Origin: Macrostomum lignano
Taxonomy: Eukaryota
Direction: 5' to 3'
Length of the DNA stretch: 64,000 bases
Assembly (NCBI GenBank): GCA_002269645.1
Contig: NIVC01001551.1
Span: 205,279-269,278 of the forward strand
Shown: positions 1-12,224 of the stretch, piece after piece
Layout of the letters: every line of letters starts with the position of its first letter
Position numbering within the stretch: position 1 is the first letter of the stretch
Position numbers and translations under genes: made by a program
Notes under the pieces: generated by a model
What the model saw: the letters and a program-made list of their open reading frames with translations, nothing else
Database searches by the model: none
What the model was told of the DNA's origin: nothing

Positions 1-370
1 ATTGCAATTGTCTCCCATCCACTAATTTTTAAACCATCAATCTTTATTTCTACAATAATGGGCTCAATATTTTGACTTTTCAAAGCTGGAGAGAACTATG
101 TGTATTTTTTGTATTATCAACATCTAAATGTTTGTTAAAGTTAAATACATAAATTCAGAAAGTTCCCGTAGCCAAGCATATAATCGATCGATTCAAGTAG
201 CTCATCGTATATTTTATTCAATATTTAACGGCACACCAGACACCAAAGTCAAAAAAGTAAGCTCAAAAAAAAAAATTGATACTTGCATACATCTCTAGAA
301 CATGCAGTTATACATCCGATTATGTGCAATTATGAAATTTTCATTCAAACAAGAATTCTAAGACTAAAAG

Positions 371-2197
371 TTATACAATCCGATCAATGAAATTCGTATT
401 CAGCAAGTAGTGCTCATAACAACATGGTCGTATCAAGCCACTATCCGACTTTTGCGGCCTTGAGAACGGATTTCGGTGCCACTTCCACGCCCTAAAGCCA
501 AGGTCAAAGATGCCCAGAAGAATGCGAATATATCGATCATATTTAGATTTTCTTCGAAAAAAGCCATCCGTATGAGTCTCAAAAAGAAACTGCTTCACTC
601 TCGTCAGGCAGCCGTCCTGCAAAGCTTGCTCAAACGCAGCCCACTCCCAATATTCGACGTCAACTTTTAGAATATCTATTGTTCCATTTCCGGGCACAAG
701 TTCTTGGAACAGATCACATAGAGTGCGCATCTTCCAGCCTTCCGGTGATGTCTTGTTGCTGAATGACAACCCTGATCGATAAAACCACGATGTCTTCCGA
801 CGCTTGTGATCATTCACTTTGGACATACTCGGATCGAACATGAACACTCGGCAGTGAAATTTGTCGGCTAGCTCGTCATCGTACTTCCACATGTAGTTGA
901 TTCCAAAGGAAAACGCGGTGCACTGCTTCGCTGAATCAATGCTGAACGGCTCACTGAAGCAGACATCCCAGCCACCATCGTTTTCTTCGCCGATCCGTCT
1001 GCTGTAAGGACAGAAAAGATGCTGCTGCTCCACCAGCTGAAAGTACAGGTGATCGAGTTGAGCTGGAGACATTGTGGTCAGGTTTGCTTGACGTACAGTC
1101 ATCAGTTGGTCGAAGCCGGGGCTTCGGGAAATCGGGAGATTCTTTAATGGAAGGTCGATCGTACTTTTAATTCTGTTTCTGAGTTGATGATTAACAGTAG
1201 TATTATGCAGGAAGTTGATGTTGATGTAGCTGACGCTGATACCGGATGCGGTATCTAGTCGCATATTCCACTGTCGGAATCCAGCATTGTGCAGGCCAAT
1301 CAGAGCAAGGATGCTACGAATGAGCTCTTTATTAGTCAGGGAACCTTTCCTGTTAGAGCTAATAGTCAGCACAAGCTGCTTCGTCAACACCAATGAACCA
1401 TCGTTGGCAGCTGCCTCAAGTGATAACCAATCTTCTGGCCCGACATTAACCTTCAGCACGTCGATGACAGTTTGCTTGGCTTTGAATCGCTTCAGGTAGC
1501 CCTGATAGCTGTCAGATCTGACATTTCCTGCAGTCTGTGCGGCACTCAGGCCCTCCTTCAGAAGTATCACCTGGCTGCTGTGCATGTGGCTCGGCTGTTT
1601 CATCGTCGGGTCGAACACCAGCGCGTAGCAGCCGTGGCCGGCGGACAGATCCTCTTCGAAGCGCAATGAGGAGGACGCGCTGCCACCGAATGAGAAGCTG
1701 TAGCACGGCCGGCTGGGCTGGAACGGGCCCACCGTGCACAAGCCGTGGCCAGCGCGTCTCCGATCAGCGACTGCTATTCGACGTCCGAATCGGCTGCTGA
1801 TAGAGCAGTGCGCTGTCGGCCGCGTCACAATCTGCTCTAATTGAACTTCTAAGGTCTCCAATGCCATGCTGAACAGCCTGTGGTCTTCTAGCAGATTCGG
1901 GAACTGCTGGGTCGTCACGGATATGTTTCCGTTAGGCAGGCGGTACAGCACAGTCGATCCATCATGGCTAAGCACGGACTCAATGATCTTGTCTCTATGG
2001 GCATTGCTGACTGTCTCAGAGTGCTCTGGCTGAGCTACTCTGCGCTGAAGCTTCAAGGTCAGAATAGTTGTCAGAAGCAGACTAACAAAAATAATCGCTG
2101 CTGTTCTTTGTCGGGACAGCTTTCTCAGGCAGGCGCATTGCAGTAAGACTGACAGCGACTGAAGCTGAAACGTTTTCTTGCTGTATCGGTTTCTCAT
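371..2197 (-). CDS. METTL24-like (Methyltransf_22 family) type-II membrane protein with two tandem domains, single exon, 608 aa
   Basis: ATG-to-stop ORF. N-terminal hydrophobic anchor (TAAIIFVSLLLTTILTL). The C-terminal domain has METTL24-type motifs: C..RRIG..NDGGWDVC, FSFGI, MFDPSM, IDILKVDVEYWEW, VKQF..E.H. The N-terminal half repeats them in degenerate form (YSFSFG, VFDPTM, IDVLKVNVG). Family recognised from memory, not by database search. Confidence 0.85.
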   Translation of the reverse strand: MRNRYSKKTFQLQSLSVLLQCACLRKLSRQRTAAIIFVSLLLTTILTLKLQRRVAQPEHSETVSNAHRDKIIESVLSHDGSTVLYRLPNGNISVTTQQFPNLLEDHRLFSMALETLEVQLEQIVTRPTAHCSISSRFGRRIAVADRRRAGHGLCTVGPFQPSRPCYSFSFGGSASSSLRFEEDLSAGHGCYALVFDPTMKQPSHMHSSQVILLKEGLSAAQTAGNVRSDSYQGYLKRFKAKQTVIDVLKVNVGPEDWLSLEAAANDGSLVLTKQLVLTISSNRKGSLTNKELIRSILALIGLHNAGFRQWNMRLDTASGISVSYININFLHNTTVNHQLRNRIKSTIDLPLKNLPISRSPGFDQLMTVRQANLTTMSPAQLDHLYFQLVEQQHLFCPYSRRIGEENDGGWDVCFSEPFSIDSAKQCTAFSFGINYMWKYDDELADKFHCRVFMFDPSMSKVNDHKRRKTSWFYRSGLSFSNKTSPEGWKMRTLCDLFQELVPGNGTIDILKVDVEYWEWAAFEQALQDGCLTRVKQFLFETHTDGFFRRKSKYDRYIRILLGIFDLGFRAWKWHRNPFSRPQKSDSGLIRPCCYEHYLLNTNFIDRIV

Positions 2198-2544
2198 TGC
2201 AGTATAGTATAGAATTCTTAATTATGTCTCCCTCTTTCAAGAATGTTCGGCACAAGCTGTATATAATTAACCTGCCGTCAGCATTGAACAGGAAGTTCAA
2301 GCTGGAGCCAATTTCTGATATGCTGACCTTGTCCTAGTTTTGTGCCCCTACATTATAAAACCTACTGCATGCGAAGATAGTATTAATTCTCTTGCAGTCC
2401 TGCCTCTAAAGCCCCTAAACAATATCTACATGTAAAAGCTGCCCGCAAACTGCCATATGGTTGCTGTATACTGACTAAAATAGTTACTTATTATTATACA
2501 CTTACACGAAAGGTCAATTCAGGCAATACTGAAGCTCATACAAA

Positions 2545-2838
2545 AAATCTGGGAGGCTGGCCCATGCAGCAACTGAGGATCTGGGAGGCTGGCCCATGCA
2601 GCAACTGAGGATCTGGGAGGCTGGCCCATGCAGCAACTGAGGATCTGGGAGGCTGGCCCAGCAACTGAGGATCTGGGAGGCTGGCCCATGCAGCAACTGA
2701 GGATCTGGGAGGCTGGCCCAGCAACTGAGGATCTCTGAGGCTGGCCTAGCAACTGACATCTGGGAGGCTGGCCCAGCAACTGAGGATCTGAGAGGCTGGC
2801 CCAGAAACTGAGGATCTGGGTGGCTGGCCCAGGAACTG
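2545..2838. repeat. Minisatellite, about 25-31-bp unit (gatctgggaggctggcccatgcagcaactgag)
   Basis: Tandem units visible directly; explains ORFs at 2514-2779. Confidence 0.9.
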
Positions 2839-3344
2839 AGATTATTTTCTCTGTGTATTTTCCTTGTATTTCTATTCTCAGTAGAGTATCAAATAAAAGT
2901 TCAGTATAATTTATACCACTTATTGTTGTTGATTGTACACTGTATTTTAATTTATCTATTTGTTAGTTTTAGTACACTGTATTCTGTTGCGGTTCAGCCA
3001 AGTAAATATAAATATAATGGAGATGTCTATAGCTCACAGCTCACTTAATGTCTTCTCAAGTACAACGGCAACTGCAATACACAACAGTGGTCACGATTAT
3101 AATCTCATTATGCTCTTAAACCTTATCAACAACTTAAACTTCCTTTTACGAAATGCTAGAGTTAATTATCTGCAATGTCCCCCTACACTATTGATAGTAG
3201 ACGCAAGAGAGAAAGTAAACTTGCATTTGTTCGTAAATGCAGAATATGAACAACCCAAGAGAGATAGGAAGTGCTCGGTCTTTGAGAACTAAATTGACAA
3301 TCTCTCTGAGCTTTTGAATCGCAAATGAAGCAAGAAAATGTAAA

Positions 3345-4405
3345 TGACCTTTCTACACTCCCTGGCGCCTTTCTACATTTTCTTGGCGCTTTTATACATT
3401 ATCTGGCGCCTTTTTACACACCTTGGTGCCTTTCTACATAAACTGGCGCCTTCTACACTCCTTGGCGCCTTTTTACATTCCCTGGCGCCTTTCTACACAA
3501 CTTGGCGCCTTTCTACACTCCTTGGCGCCTTTCTACACTCCTTGGCGCCTTTCTACACTCCTTGGCGCCTTTCTACACTCTGGTACCTTTCTACATTCCC
3601 TGGCGCCTTTCTACACACCTTGGCGCCTTTCTACACCCCTTGACACCTTTCTACACTCCTTGGCGCCTTTCTACACTCCTTGGCGCCTTTCTACACTCCT
3701 TGGCGCCTTTCTACACTCCTTGACGCCTTTCTACACTCCTTGGCGCCTTTCTACACTCCTTGACGCCTTTCTACACTCCTTGACGCCTTTCTACACTCCT
3801 TGACGCCTTTCTACACTCCTTGACGTTTTTCTACACTCCTTGGCGCCTTTCTACACTCCTTGACGCCTTTCTACACTCCTTGACGCCTTTCTACACTCCT
3901 TGACGCCTTTCTACACTCCTTGGCGCCTTTCTACACTCCTTGGCGCCTTTCTACAATCCTTGGCGCCTTTCTACACTCCTTGGCGCCTTTCTACACTCCT
4001 TGGCGCCTTTCTACACTCCTTGACGCCGTTCTACACTCCTTGGCGCCTTTCTACACACCCTGGCGCTTTTCTACATTCACTGGCACCTTTCTACACAACT
4101 TGGCGCCTTTCTACACTCTGGTACCTTTCTACATTCCCTGGCGCCTTTCTACATTCCCTGGCGCCTTTCTACATTCACTGGCACCTTTCTACACAACTTG
4201 GCGCCTTTCTACACTCCTTGGCGCCTTTCTACACTCCTTGACGCCTTTCTACACTCCTTGGCGCCTTTCTACACTCCTTGACGCCTTTCTACACTCCTTG
4301 GCGCCTTTCTACACACCTTGGCGCCTTTCTACACACCTTGGCGCCCTTCTACATTCCCTGGAATCTTTCTCCATTCCTTGGTGCGTTTCTACATCCCCTG
4401 GCGCC
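3345..4405. repeat. 20-bp minisatellite (cttggcgcctttctacactc)
   Basis: About 50 tandem units visible. Confidence 0.95.
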
Positions 4406-6477
4406 CATGAAACTCAATTGACTGGTGCTTAACAACACACAACAGTACTTCCAGAATCTGCTCCTTTATTATTCGTGTCTTTACAACTCGATGTGGTGAC
4501 GCAAGTCGCGAGATTTCAGTAGTCACTAGGGCACTATAATGATTCTGAGAGCTTGGGGATTCAGTTATTTGTACCGAAACCAAAATTATTATGCGATAAT
4601 TTCAATATGAAACACACAAAATTGACTTAACTCGTCAAGCTAATCTATGCCCACAGAATGCACAACAATAACAGAATTTGCAAGTATAACATCTGCGAAT
4701 ATGTTATAACATAAACTGGTATGCGAAGCCCTGACTGCTTGCGCCATCTTCTTGAGCTAGAATTTTAATTCACTCAAAAGATAATGTAAGCTAGCTCGGA
4801 GACTTGCTTGACTTGTTTGCTTTTGCACCCGGTAGGTAACACAGGAACAATGACCCAGGTAGTTAATATCGTTCATTCACTTATTCATTCACTGGTGAGG
4901 GAGTTTGACAAACCTGCCCATAGAGCAGACGTCCCCTATTAAGACTTAATGGAGAAGGGAAAAATCTGTGTAAATTTTAACCAATTGCTACAGTAGTGTC
5001 CTACCCGCTGAGTAAATAGTCTTTGTAGCAGATGATGCGGAAACTTTGAGCTCACAATCGACTTTTCATATTAAGCATCAATTGTGCTCAAATCAAAGTC
5101 TTCAAGGCGTTCAAGCGATGGCAATTCAATTTCAATTTGTGTAGAAATTTTTATAGCACAATGGTCAGTGCCCGAGCATGGTCTGTGTCTTCTGAGAGGC
5201 CCCAGCGGGGCGGCGGTCCCTAACTCTGCAGGTCCAGCATGCTATCTTGGAAGAACTGACTGACCCTCAATACGTAATCGAGGCCTTAGAAGTCAGTCGG
5301 CCTTAAACTAATGGAAGATTTAACAAGCATTTTGTTTCAAGGATGCATTTTATTGTCTCTTGCAGGGGCAATTTATTGTTGGAAAAATATTTAGTAAGTC
5401 ATAAATAAAATTTTCCCACCTAAAAGATGAGCCTCCGGCCTCCTGTCAGGGTGTCAAAGATGCCACACCCCTTTTGCTTCACCTGTCCATCTGGGGAGGC
5501 AAAATATGACTAGTATTGCTGCAGACAAATTTGCCTGTTTTTGTCACCTCAGCTTGACCAGTGGAACGCAGAGTTCCAGTCCAGCTGTCTCACGCAGAGT
5601 CAGGTGCGAAATGTTTATTGCAGAGGCTGAGAGGCTATCGCAAGAGCTGTTTACTTCGCAATTAAATTTAAATTGGGCGAAGTTTTCTTAGAAAGTGTAG
5701 AGGACCATCAGCTGATTCCTCCATTATACGCTCGTAGCTGCATTGAATCAGGACATGCCGAATCCGAATGCGTGCGGTTGCTATGGCCTCGAAATTAAAC
5801 GAAAGTCTCTGTGGATGGCAGTGACACAACTTGGTCAGTTTCCAGCGCTCTCTCCCTATTAAGCAAAAGGAAAAATTTCATAACACATCCGCCCGGGCTC
5901 GCACAAGCGGAGGGCGGGGCTCCAACATCCAGCTTCATCTAGAAGTCCACTTCATCATTATTAAAAATTGAGAGAGACAGAGAGCCTATATATATGCGTT
6001 GTTTATTAGAAATTCTATCTGTCTTATTAGTTCGGTTTGCCTGTTGGTCTGCCCACGGATACGACCTCACCTCACCTCCCATCCACCCCAGATATTAATT
6101 TGCATAGACTATATCGCGATTGCTTCACAATGTAGAACTCAACTTTTAATTACCGTTTGTTCAGACGGAGGCTATAGGAGTCTGGGACCGATGATGAGGC
6201 GGTGCCAATTTTGAGTCTCGGTTTTGACTGAGCCCCGCCCACTCTGTCTCAGCCTCGATCCTGCAGTTGAATTGGTCACTTTACGGTGGGACTAGTAATT
6301 ACCTGATGTTGTGTTGAAATATTTATTCGATAGAGGAAAGAATATAGAAATTCAATGCCTGCGCTGCTTATAGAAGTATCGCTCACTGGTTTCCGAGAAT
6401 TCTCTCAAATACTTTCCATCTATTTGCCTCTCCGGTCCGCTTCTCTGTTCCATAACTGCCTCTCTCTTCCCACTCCG

Positions 6478-7135
6478 CCCTCACCTATCCGCTCCCCGAT
6501 TCTATCTCCGCCTTTGCCTATCCGCTCCCCGATTCTATCTCCGCCTTTGCCTATCCGCTCCCCGATTCTATCTCCGCCTTTGCCTATCCGCTCCCCGATT
6601 CTCTCTCCGCCTTTGCCTATCCGCTCCCCGATTCTATCTCCGCCCTCACATATCCGCTCCCCGATTCTATCTCCGCCTTTGCCTATCCGCTCCCCGATTC
6701 TATCTCCGCCTTTGCCTATCCGCTCCCCGATTCTCTCTCCGCCTTTGCCTATCCGCTCCCCGATTCTATCTCCGCCCTCACATATCCGCTCCCCGATTCT
6801 ATCTCCGCCTTTGCCTATCCGCTCCCCGATTCTATCTCCGCCTTTGCCTATCCGCTCCCCGATTCTCTCTCCGCCTTTGCCTATCCGCTCCCCGATTCTA
6901 TCTCCGCCTTTGCCTATCCGCTCCCCGATTCTCTCTCCGCCTTTGCCTATCCGCTCCCCGATTCTATCTCCGCCTTTGCCTATCCGCTCCCCGATTCTAT
7001 CTCCGCCTTTGCCTATCCGCTCCCCGATTCTATCTCCGCCCTCACCTATTTGCTGCCCGATTCTATCTCCGCCCTCACCTATCCGCTCCCCGATTCTCTC
7101 TCCGCCCTCACCTATCCGCTGCCCGATTCTATCTC
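6478..7135. repeat. 33-bp minisatellite (cctatccgctccccgattctatctccgcctttg)
   Basis: Tandem units; produces the spurious PIRSPILSPPL ORF. Confidence 0.95.
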
Positions 7136-7174
7136 CGTCCTTTACTTCGCCCCTCTACTTCAACTTTCGCCCCT

Positions 7175-7992
7175 GAGTTTCAATCTCCGCCCCTCAAGTT
7201 CAATCTCCGCCCCTCAAGTTCAATCTCCGCCCCTCAAGTTCAATCTCCGCCCCTCAAGTTCAATCTCCGCCCCTCAAGTTCAATCTCCGCCCCTCAAGTT
7301 TAATCTCCGCCCCTCAAGTTCAATCTCCACCCCTTAAGTTCAATCTCCGCCCCTTAAGTTCAATCTCCGCCCCTTAAGTTCAATCTCCGCCCCTTAAGTT
7401 CAATCTCCGCCCCTCAAGTTCAATCTCCGCCCCTTAAGTTCAATCTCCGCCCCTCAAGTTCAATCTCCGCACCTCAAGTTCAATCTCCGCACCTCAAGTT
7501 CAATCTCCGCCCCTCAAGTTCAATCTCCGCCCCTCAAGTTCAATCTCCGCCCCTCAAGTTCAATCTCCGCCCCTCAAGTTCAATCTCCGCCCCTCAAGTT
7601 TAATCTCCGCCCCTCAAGTTCAATCTCCGCCCCTCAAGTTCAATCTCCGCCCCTCAAGTTCAATCTCCGCCCCTCAAGTTCAATCTCCGCACCTCAAGTT
7701 CAATCTCCGCCCCTCAAGTTCAATCTCCGCCCCTCAAGTTCAATCTCCGCCCCTCAAGTTCAATCTCCGCCCCTCAAGTTCAATCTCCGCCCCTCAAGTT
7801 CAATCTCCGCCCCTCAAGTTCAATCTCCGCCCCTCAAGTTCAATCTCCGCACCTCAAGTTCAATCTCCGCCCCTCAAGTTCAATCTCCGCCCCTCAAGTT
7901 CAATCTCCGCACCTCAAGTTCAATCTCCGCCCCTCAAGTTCAATCTCCGCCCCTCAAGTTCAATCTCCGCCCCTCAAGTTCAATCTCCGCCC
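7175..7992. repeat. 20-bp minisatellite (caatctccgcccctcaagtt)
   Basis: About 40 near-identical tandem units. Confidence 0.95.
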
Positions 7993-8376
7993 TCTCCCAG
8001 ATCTCCGCCACTCCACTTCAACTTTCTCTTCATTTAATTGAACTTGAGGACTTTGATCTCTTCGAATCTTATCCAATGAATTCAATCAACAAAGGCAGGG
8101 TATAATTGCAGTAATTGCAGTTTTATCAGTATACTAGTAAATATTAAAACATATATATTTTTGCAAAACAAGCTGCACTCGAAACAAGGCTGTACACAAG
8201 CACCAACTCTTTGCGCAAATCCGAGATAAACTTCGGATTACAAAACGAACTAAAATCCCTGGCTCAGACAAGAGAATCATTGAGACAGCAACTCGCCAGA
8301 AAGACGCGATTTAAAATATAAACGATAGAAAGCTGCTATTCATATTGCTGTCAATCAAAATGTCAGGAGATTCAGT

Positions 8377-9864
8377 CTAGCAGGCCGGCTGCTTGTGGCC
8401 GCCAAACCTTAGCGGGCTGGATGCCGCCGCAGCCAGCAGGTGCAGCTTGCTGGCTGCCGACAACGGCGACCAGAGGCGGCGCAAGCGGTCCTGACAGGCC
8501 GGCGCCCGCTGCTGCTTAGCGACCAGGCCGGACTGGCGCAGGGCGCGGAGGCTGTCGCGCGGCGACCGGCGCGCCCGACGATGCCGGGATAGCGACAGAG
8601 GCGGCGGCGGCTGCTGCTGCTGCTGCTGCGACGCCGGCGGCGGTGGAGTGGCGACTCTCGAAGGCAGCGCCGCGGCCGACTGGGCAAAGCGAAGCGCCTT
8701 CAGCGGCGCCGGCTGGAGCAGCTTTGTCGATGTCGTCGTCGAAGTCTCCGACTGCGGCGGGGTCGGCGCTGGCATCGGCTGAAGCTTCTTTCGGCCGCCG
8801 ATCAGCGGCGTCCGCGCCGGGTCGAACCGGGCGAAAGTGGCGCCTCCTTCAACGTCGCCAGATGGAGCCGCCGCCGCCGCTGCTGATGCCGCCGCTGCCG
8901 TCGTTGCTCCGAGGGGGCTGCGGCTGCGGCTGCGACTCGCCAGGCGGGAGACGGCGCGGCCGAAAGCGGCGCGCAGCGCGCTGCCCAACGAAGCGGCGCG
9001 CTGCATGCTGCGCTGCTTTCGTTCCTGCTGTTGCTGCTGAGGATGAAGCTCCGATTGTCCAGCCTCCTCGGCCTCTTCTTCCTCATCGCAGCCGTACTCA
9101 ACAGCGTCGCTAGCGGCAACTCCGACGCAGTCGCCGAATTCAACCAGCAGGGCGGCCAGGCGGGCGGAGCGGGCGGCCTCGGTCGGGGTGGCGGCGCCGC
9201 CGGTCAGACAGGGCCCGAGGCAGACGGCCAGGTTGCCGGCGCTCATCCGGTTGACGTCGGATGCGGCGGCGACACGGCTGAGGAAGCCGCACAGGAGGCG
9301 CAGCGAGTGCAGCTGGCGGAGCGGCAGCAGGAGGCTGGCCAGGCGGAGCGCGCGGACCCGGCGCTGAAGGCCGAGAGCGTCGGGCAGCAGGGCGGCCTCC
9401 GCCAGCCAGGCGGGCGCCAGTGGCTCCGGCAGCTCTCGCAGCCAGGCCTTCAGCACGGCGCTGACGTCGTGAGCCGGGGAGCCGTCGCGAATGCCGCAGC
9501 CCCGGTCCAGACGCAGGCGGAGGTCGCGCTGGCGGAGCCGGGAGCCTTCGAGGCGGAACAGGCCCTCGCAGCGGAGCCGGTCCTCGGCTGACAAGTAGCG
9601 GCAGCAGGCGGCGAGCACAGCGGGCACCTGGCCGATGCCTTCGACCATCGAGCTCGGCTGGTCCTCCAGACGTCGCCCGAAGCACCGGCTGGCGGCGGCA
9701 GGCGGCGGTGGCGGTGGCGGCAGCTGGCGTCGGCGCCAGTCCAGGCGCAGGCCAAATTGTCGTCGGAGCTCGCGCTCGGCGCCGCCCATCGCCCGCCGTC
9801 GGGACTCCGGCGACATCTGGCCGATGTAGTGCTGGCTGCTGGACTCAACAGTTTGCAGTGGCAT
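8377..9864 (-). CDS. RhoGAP-domain protein, ARHGAP11-like, single exon, 495 aa
   Basis: RhoGAP motifs: FG..L, VP.VL..C, EGLFR (arginine finger), DVSAVLKAWLRELPEPL, NRMSAGNLAVCLGPCL. The N-terminal ELRRQFGLRL and the GIGQVP / DRG.G segments resemble ARHGAP11A. Low-complexity C-terminus. Confidence 0.85.
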   Translation of the reverse strand: MPLQTVESSSQHYIGQMSPESRRRAMGGAERELRRQFGLRLDWRRRQLPPPPPPPAAASRCFGRRLEDQPSSMVEGIGQVPAVLAACCRYLSAEDRLRCEGLFRLEGSRLRQRDLRLRLDRGCGIRDGSPAHDVSAVLKAWLRELPEPLAPAWLAEAALLPDALGLQRRVRALRLASLLLPLRQLHSLRLLCGFLSRVAAASDVNRMSAGNLAVCLGPCLTGGAATPTEAARSARLAALLVEFGDCVGVAASDAVEYGCDEEEEAEEAGQSELHPQQQQQERKQRSMQRAASLGSALRAAFGRAVSRLASRSRSRSPLGATTAAAASAAAAAAPSGDVEGGATFARFDPARTPLIGGRKKLQPMPAPTPPQSETSTTTSTKLLQPAPLKALRFAQSAAALPSRVATPPPPASQQQQQQPPPPLSLSRHRRARRSPRDSLRALRQSGLVAKQQRAPACQDRLRRLWSPLSAASKLHLLAAAASSPLRFGGHKQPAC

Positions 9865-10124
9865 TGCGGCAGTGAGTAGTCGAAAATTTTAACTGAGTTT
9901 GAAAATGCAAATTTGCTTAGGTTGGAAAATCCGCTTGCTTTTATATTTATACAGCCATGATTCCCCAGTGCCTTACGAGCGGGTGTTGCATGGTTGGGCT
10001 CTTCTCATTGGCTGGCCGGCTGGACCAATGGGTGAGCGCTGTTCGCCCTGCGGGTGGGAGAAAGGAGCTGTGTGTTGGGAGGTGTCTGAATTTGCGCCTC
10101 AGGGAAACTTCGGCTGCTTTTTAA

Positions 10125-10833
10125 TCATGCTCTGTCTCATGCTCTATCTCATGCTCTATCTCATGCTCTGTCTCATGCTCTGTCTCATGCTCTGTCTCAT
10201 GCTCTGTCTCATGCTCTGTCTCATGCTCTGTCTCATGCTCTGTCTCATGCTCTGTCTCATGCTCTGTCTCATGCTCTGTCTCATGCTCTGTCTCATGCTC
10301 TGTCTCATGCTCTGTCTCATGCTCTGTCTCATGCTCTGTCTCATGCTCTGTCTCATGCTCTGTCTCATGCTCTGTCTCATGCTCTGTCTCATGCTCTGTC
10401 TCATGCTCTGTCTCATGCTCTGTCTCATGCTCTGTCTCATGCTCTGTCTCATGCTCTGTCTCATGCTCTGTCTCATGCTCTGTCTCATGCTCTGTCTCAT
10501 GCTCTGTCTCATGCTCTGTCTCATGCTCTGTCTCATGCTCTGTCTCATGCTCTGTCTCATGCTCTGTCTCATGCTCTGTCTCATGCTCTGTCTCATGCTC
10601 TGTCTCATGCTCTGTCTCATGCTCTGTCTCATGCTCTGTCTCATGCTCTGTCTCATGCTCTGTCTCATGCTCTGTCTCATGCTCTGTCTCATGCTCTGTC
10701 TCATGCTCTGTCTCATGCTCTGTCTCATGCTCTGTCTCATGCTCTGTCTCATGCTCTGTCTCATGCTCTGTCTCATGCTCTGTCTCATGCTCTGTCTCAT
10801 GCTCTGTCTCATGCTCTGTCTCATGCTCTGTCT
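10125..10833. repeat. 12-bp minisatellite (catgctctgtct)n
   Basis: Near-perfect tandem array. Confidence 0.97.
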
Positions 10834-12224
10834 AAACATCAGCCCAGTCCATTCTCCCTCAACCTCCATCTCCATCACTTCTTTTCTCTCTTTCACTCTC
10901 TGTCTATCTCTCAATCAGTTGTTCAGTCTCTCAGTCTCCATCGACTTACATCGGAATTCCACACACAGCCCGCATGGGAATCCTTTGTATCCTCCTATGT
11001 TCCCGCTTTACCCAGCGATAGAGGCCCATTGAAAGTTTTTAGATATGAGTATAAGGTAAAACTGCAACATCAGTTAAAATAATACAAATTTTGTATCTTA
11101 TTCAGCATTGGCTTTTTGAAATTTTACATGAAAGTATAGTGATATCAGATATCCTTTCTATTGGTAGAATGAATTAATGTCTGTGTGGAATTTAACAGAT
11201 TAATGATAGATATACTTATTAGGTAAAATAGCTATATAGTAAATTTAGAGAGACAAAGGGTGGGATGCAGTGCTTTTCTGCTCGAGCGTGAAGCTGATGA
11301 TGATGGGATCAAATGCTGGCTATTCGATACAGATCCTCATCTTGAAGAGCGGCGCCAAAACTGTCTTACTGTTAAAGCAGTTCAGAACTCAGTTTAGAGG
11401 GATAAGAATCTATCCCTGTCTAATACCCAGAAATCCTTCTCTCGGGCGAGTCTGGCGTTACTTCCGCTCGGTCGCTTCTCCATACGAGGCTCCGCATTCT
11501 TAGTTAACTCGACGTTCGGCCCATGCGGCCCACGCGGACCACGCGAAACAGCGCGGGCGTGACAGGGGGGGGGTCCGATTGATGACATTTTTGATGGCCG
11601 AATTTCACAATAATCATTGCTCGCGATCTGAAAAATCACTGCCGCCTGCACTGCAGAGAGAAATAACTGTTGTGCAATCAAGGAGGCTGCAATTTGAAGT
11701 TTCGAGATTTACGATGACAGACAATTGTTCTCCAAAAAAGGGTTGAATAATAATTTGAATTGAAATTCTCGCTTCTGCCTCAGTAAGCAGCTGTTTGAAA
11801 GCATATCGGGGTGATTTACAACGCCAATGTGATGCTGACCACAGAGATGGAGAGGAGCTTTCACAAAATCAAAATTTCGCGAAGAAATCTTTGGCTGAAA
11901 AAGTGAATGCTTGAGATTTTTGGCAGTTTGTAACTTAGATCTCATAATGAAAGCAGTCCTAATGGACAGGAAAATGATATCAAAATACCAGAGTGACTTC
12001 AGATATCAACCACAGAAATGACTACTGGGGAGAAGGGAGAGAGGAGAGGAGAGGGAAGAGGGGAGAGAGGAGAGAAAAGTAAAAGTGTAGAAAAAAGAGA
12101 GGATAGAGGGATGGAATAGAGGGGAGAGGCGAGAGGCGAGAGAGGAGAGAGGAGAGGGGAAATGTGAGAGGGGAAAGAGGAGAGGGGAGAGGACTGAGAG
12201 GAGAGGGTAAAGGGGAGAGCGTCG

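Noticed and set aside
11270-11400. Coding-like fragment (AFLLEREADDDGIKCWLFDTDPHLEERRQNC…); similar orphan fragments at 13050-13292, 17040-17210 and 27560-27720
   Set aside because: Short, no recognisable domain and no consistent exon chain. They could be TE debris and cannot be supported as genes.
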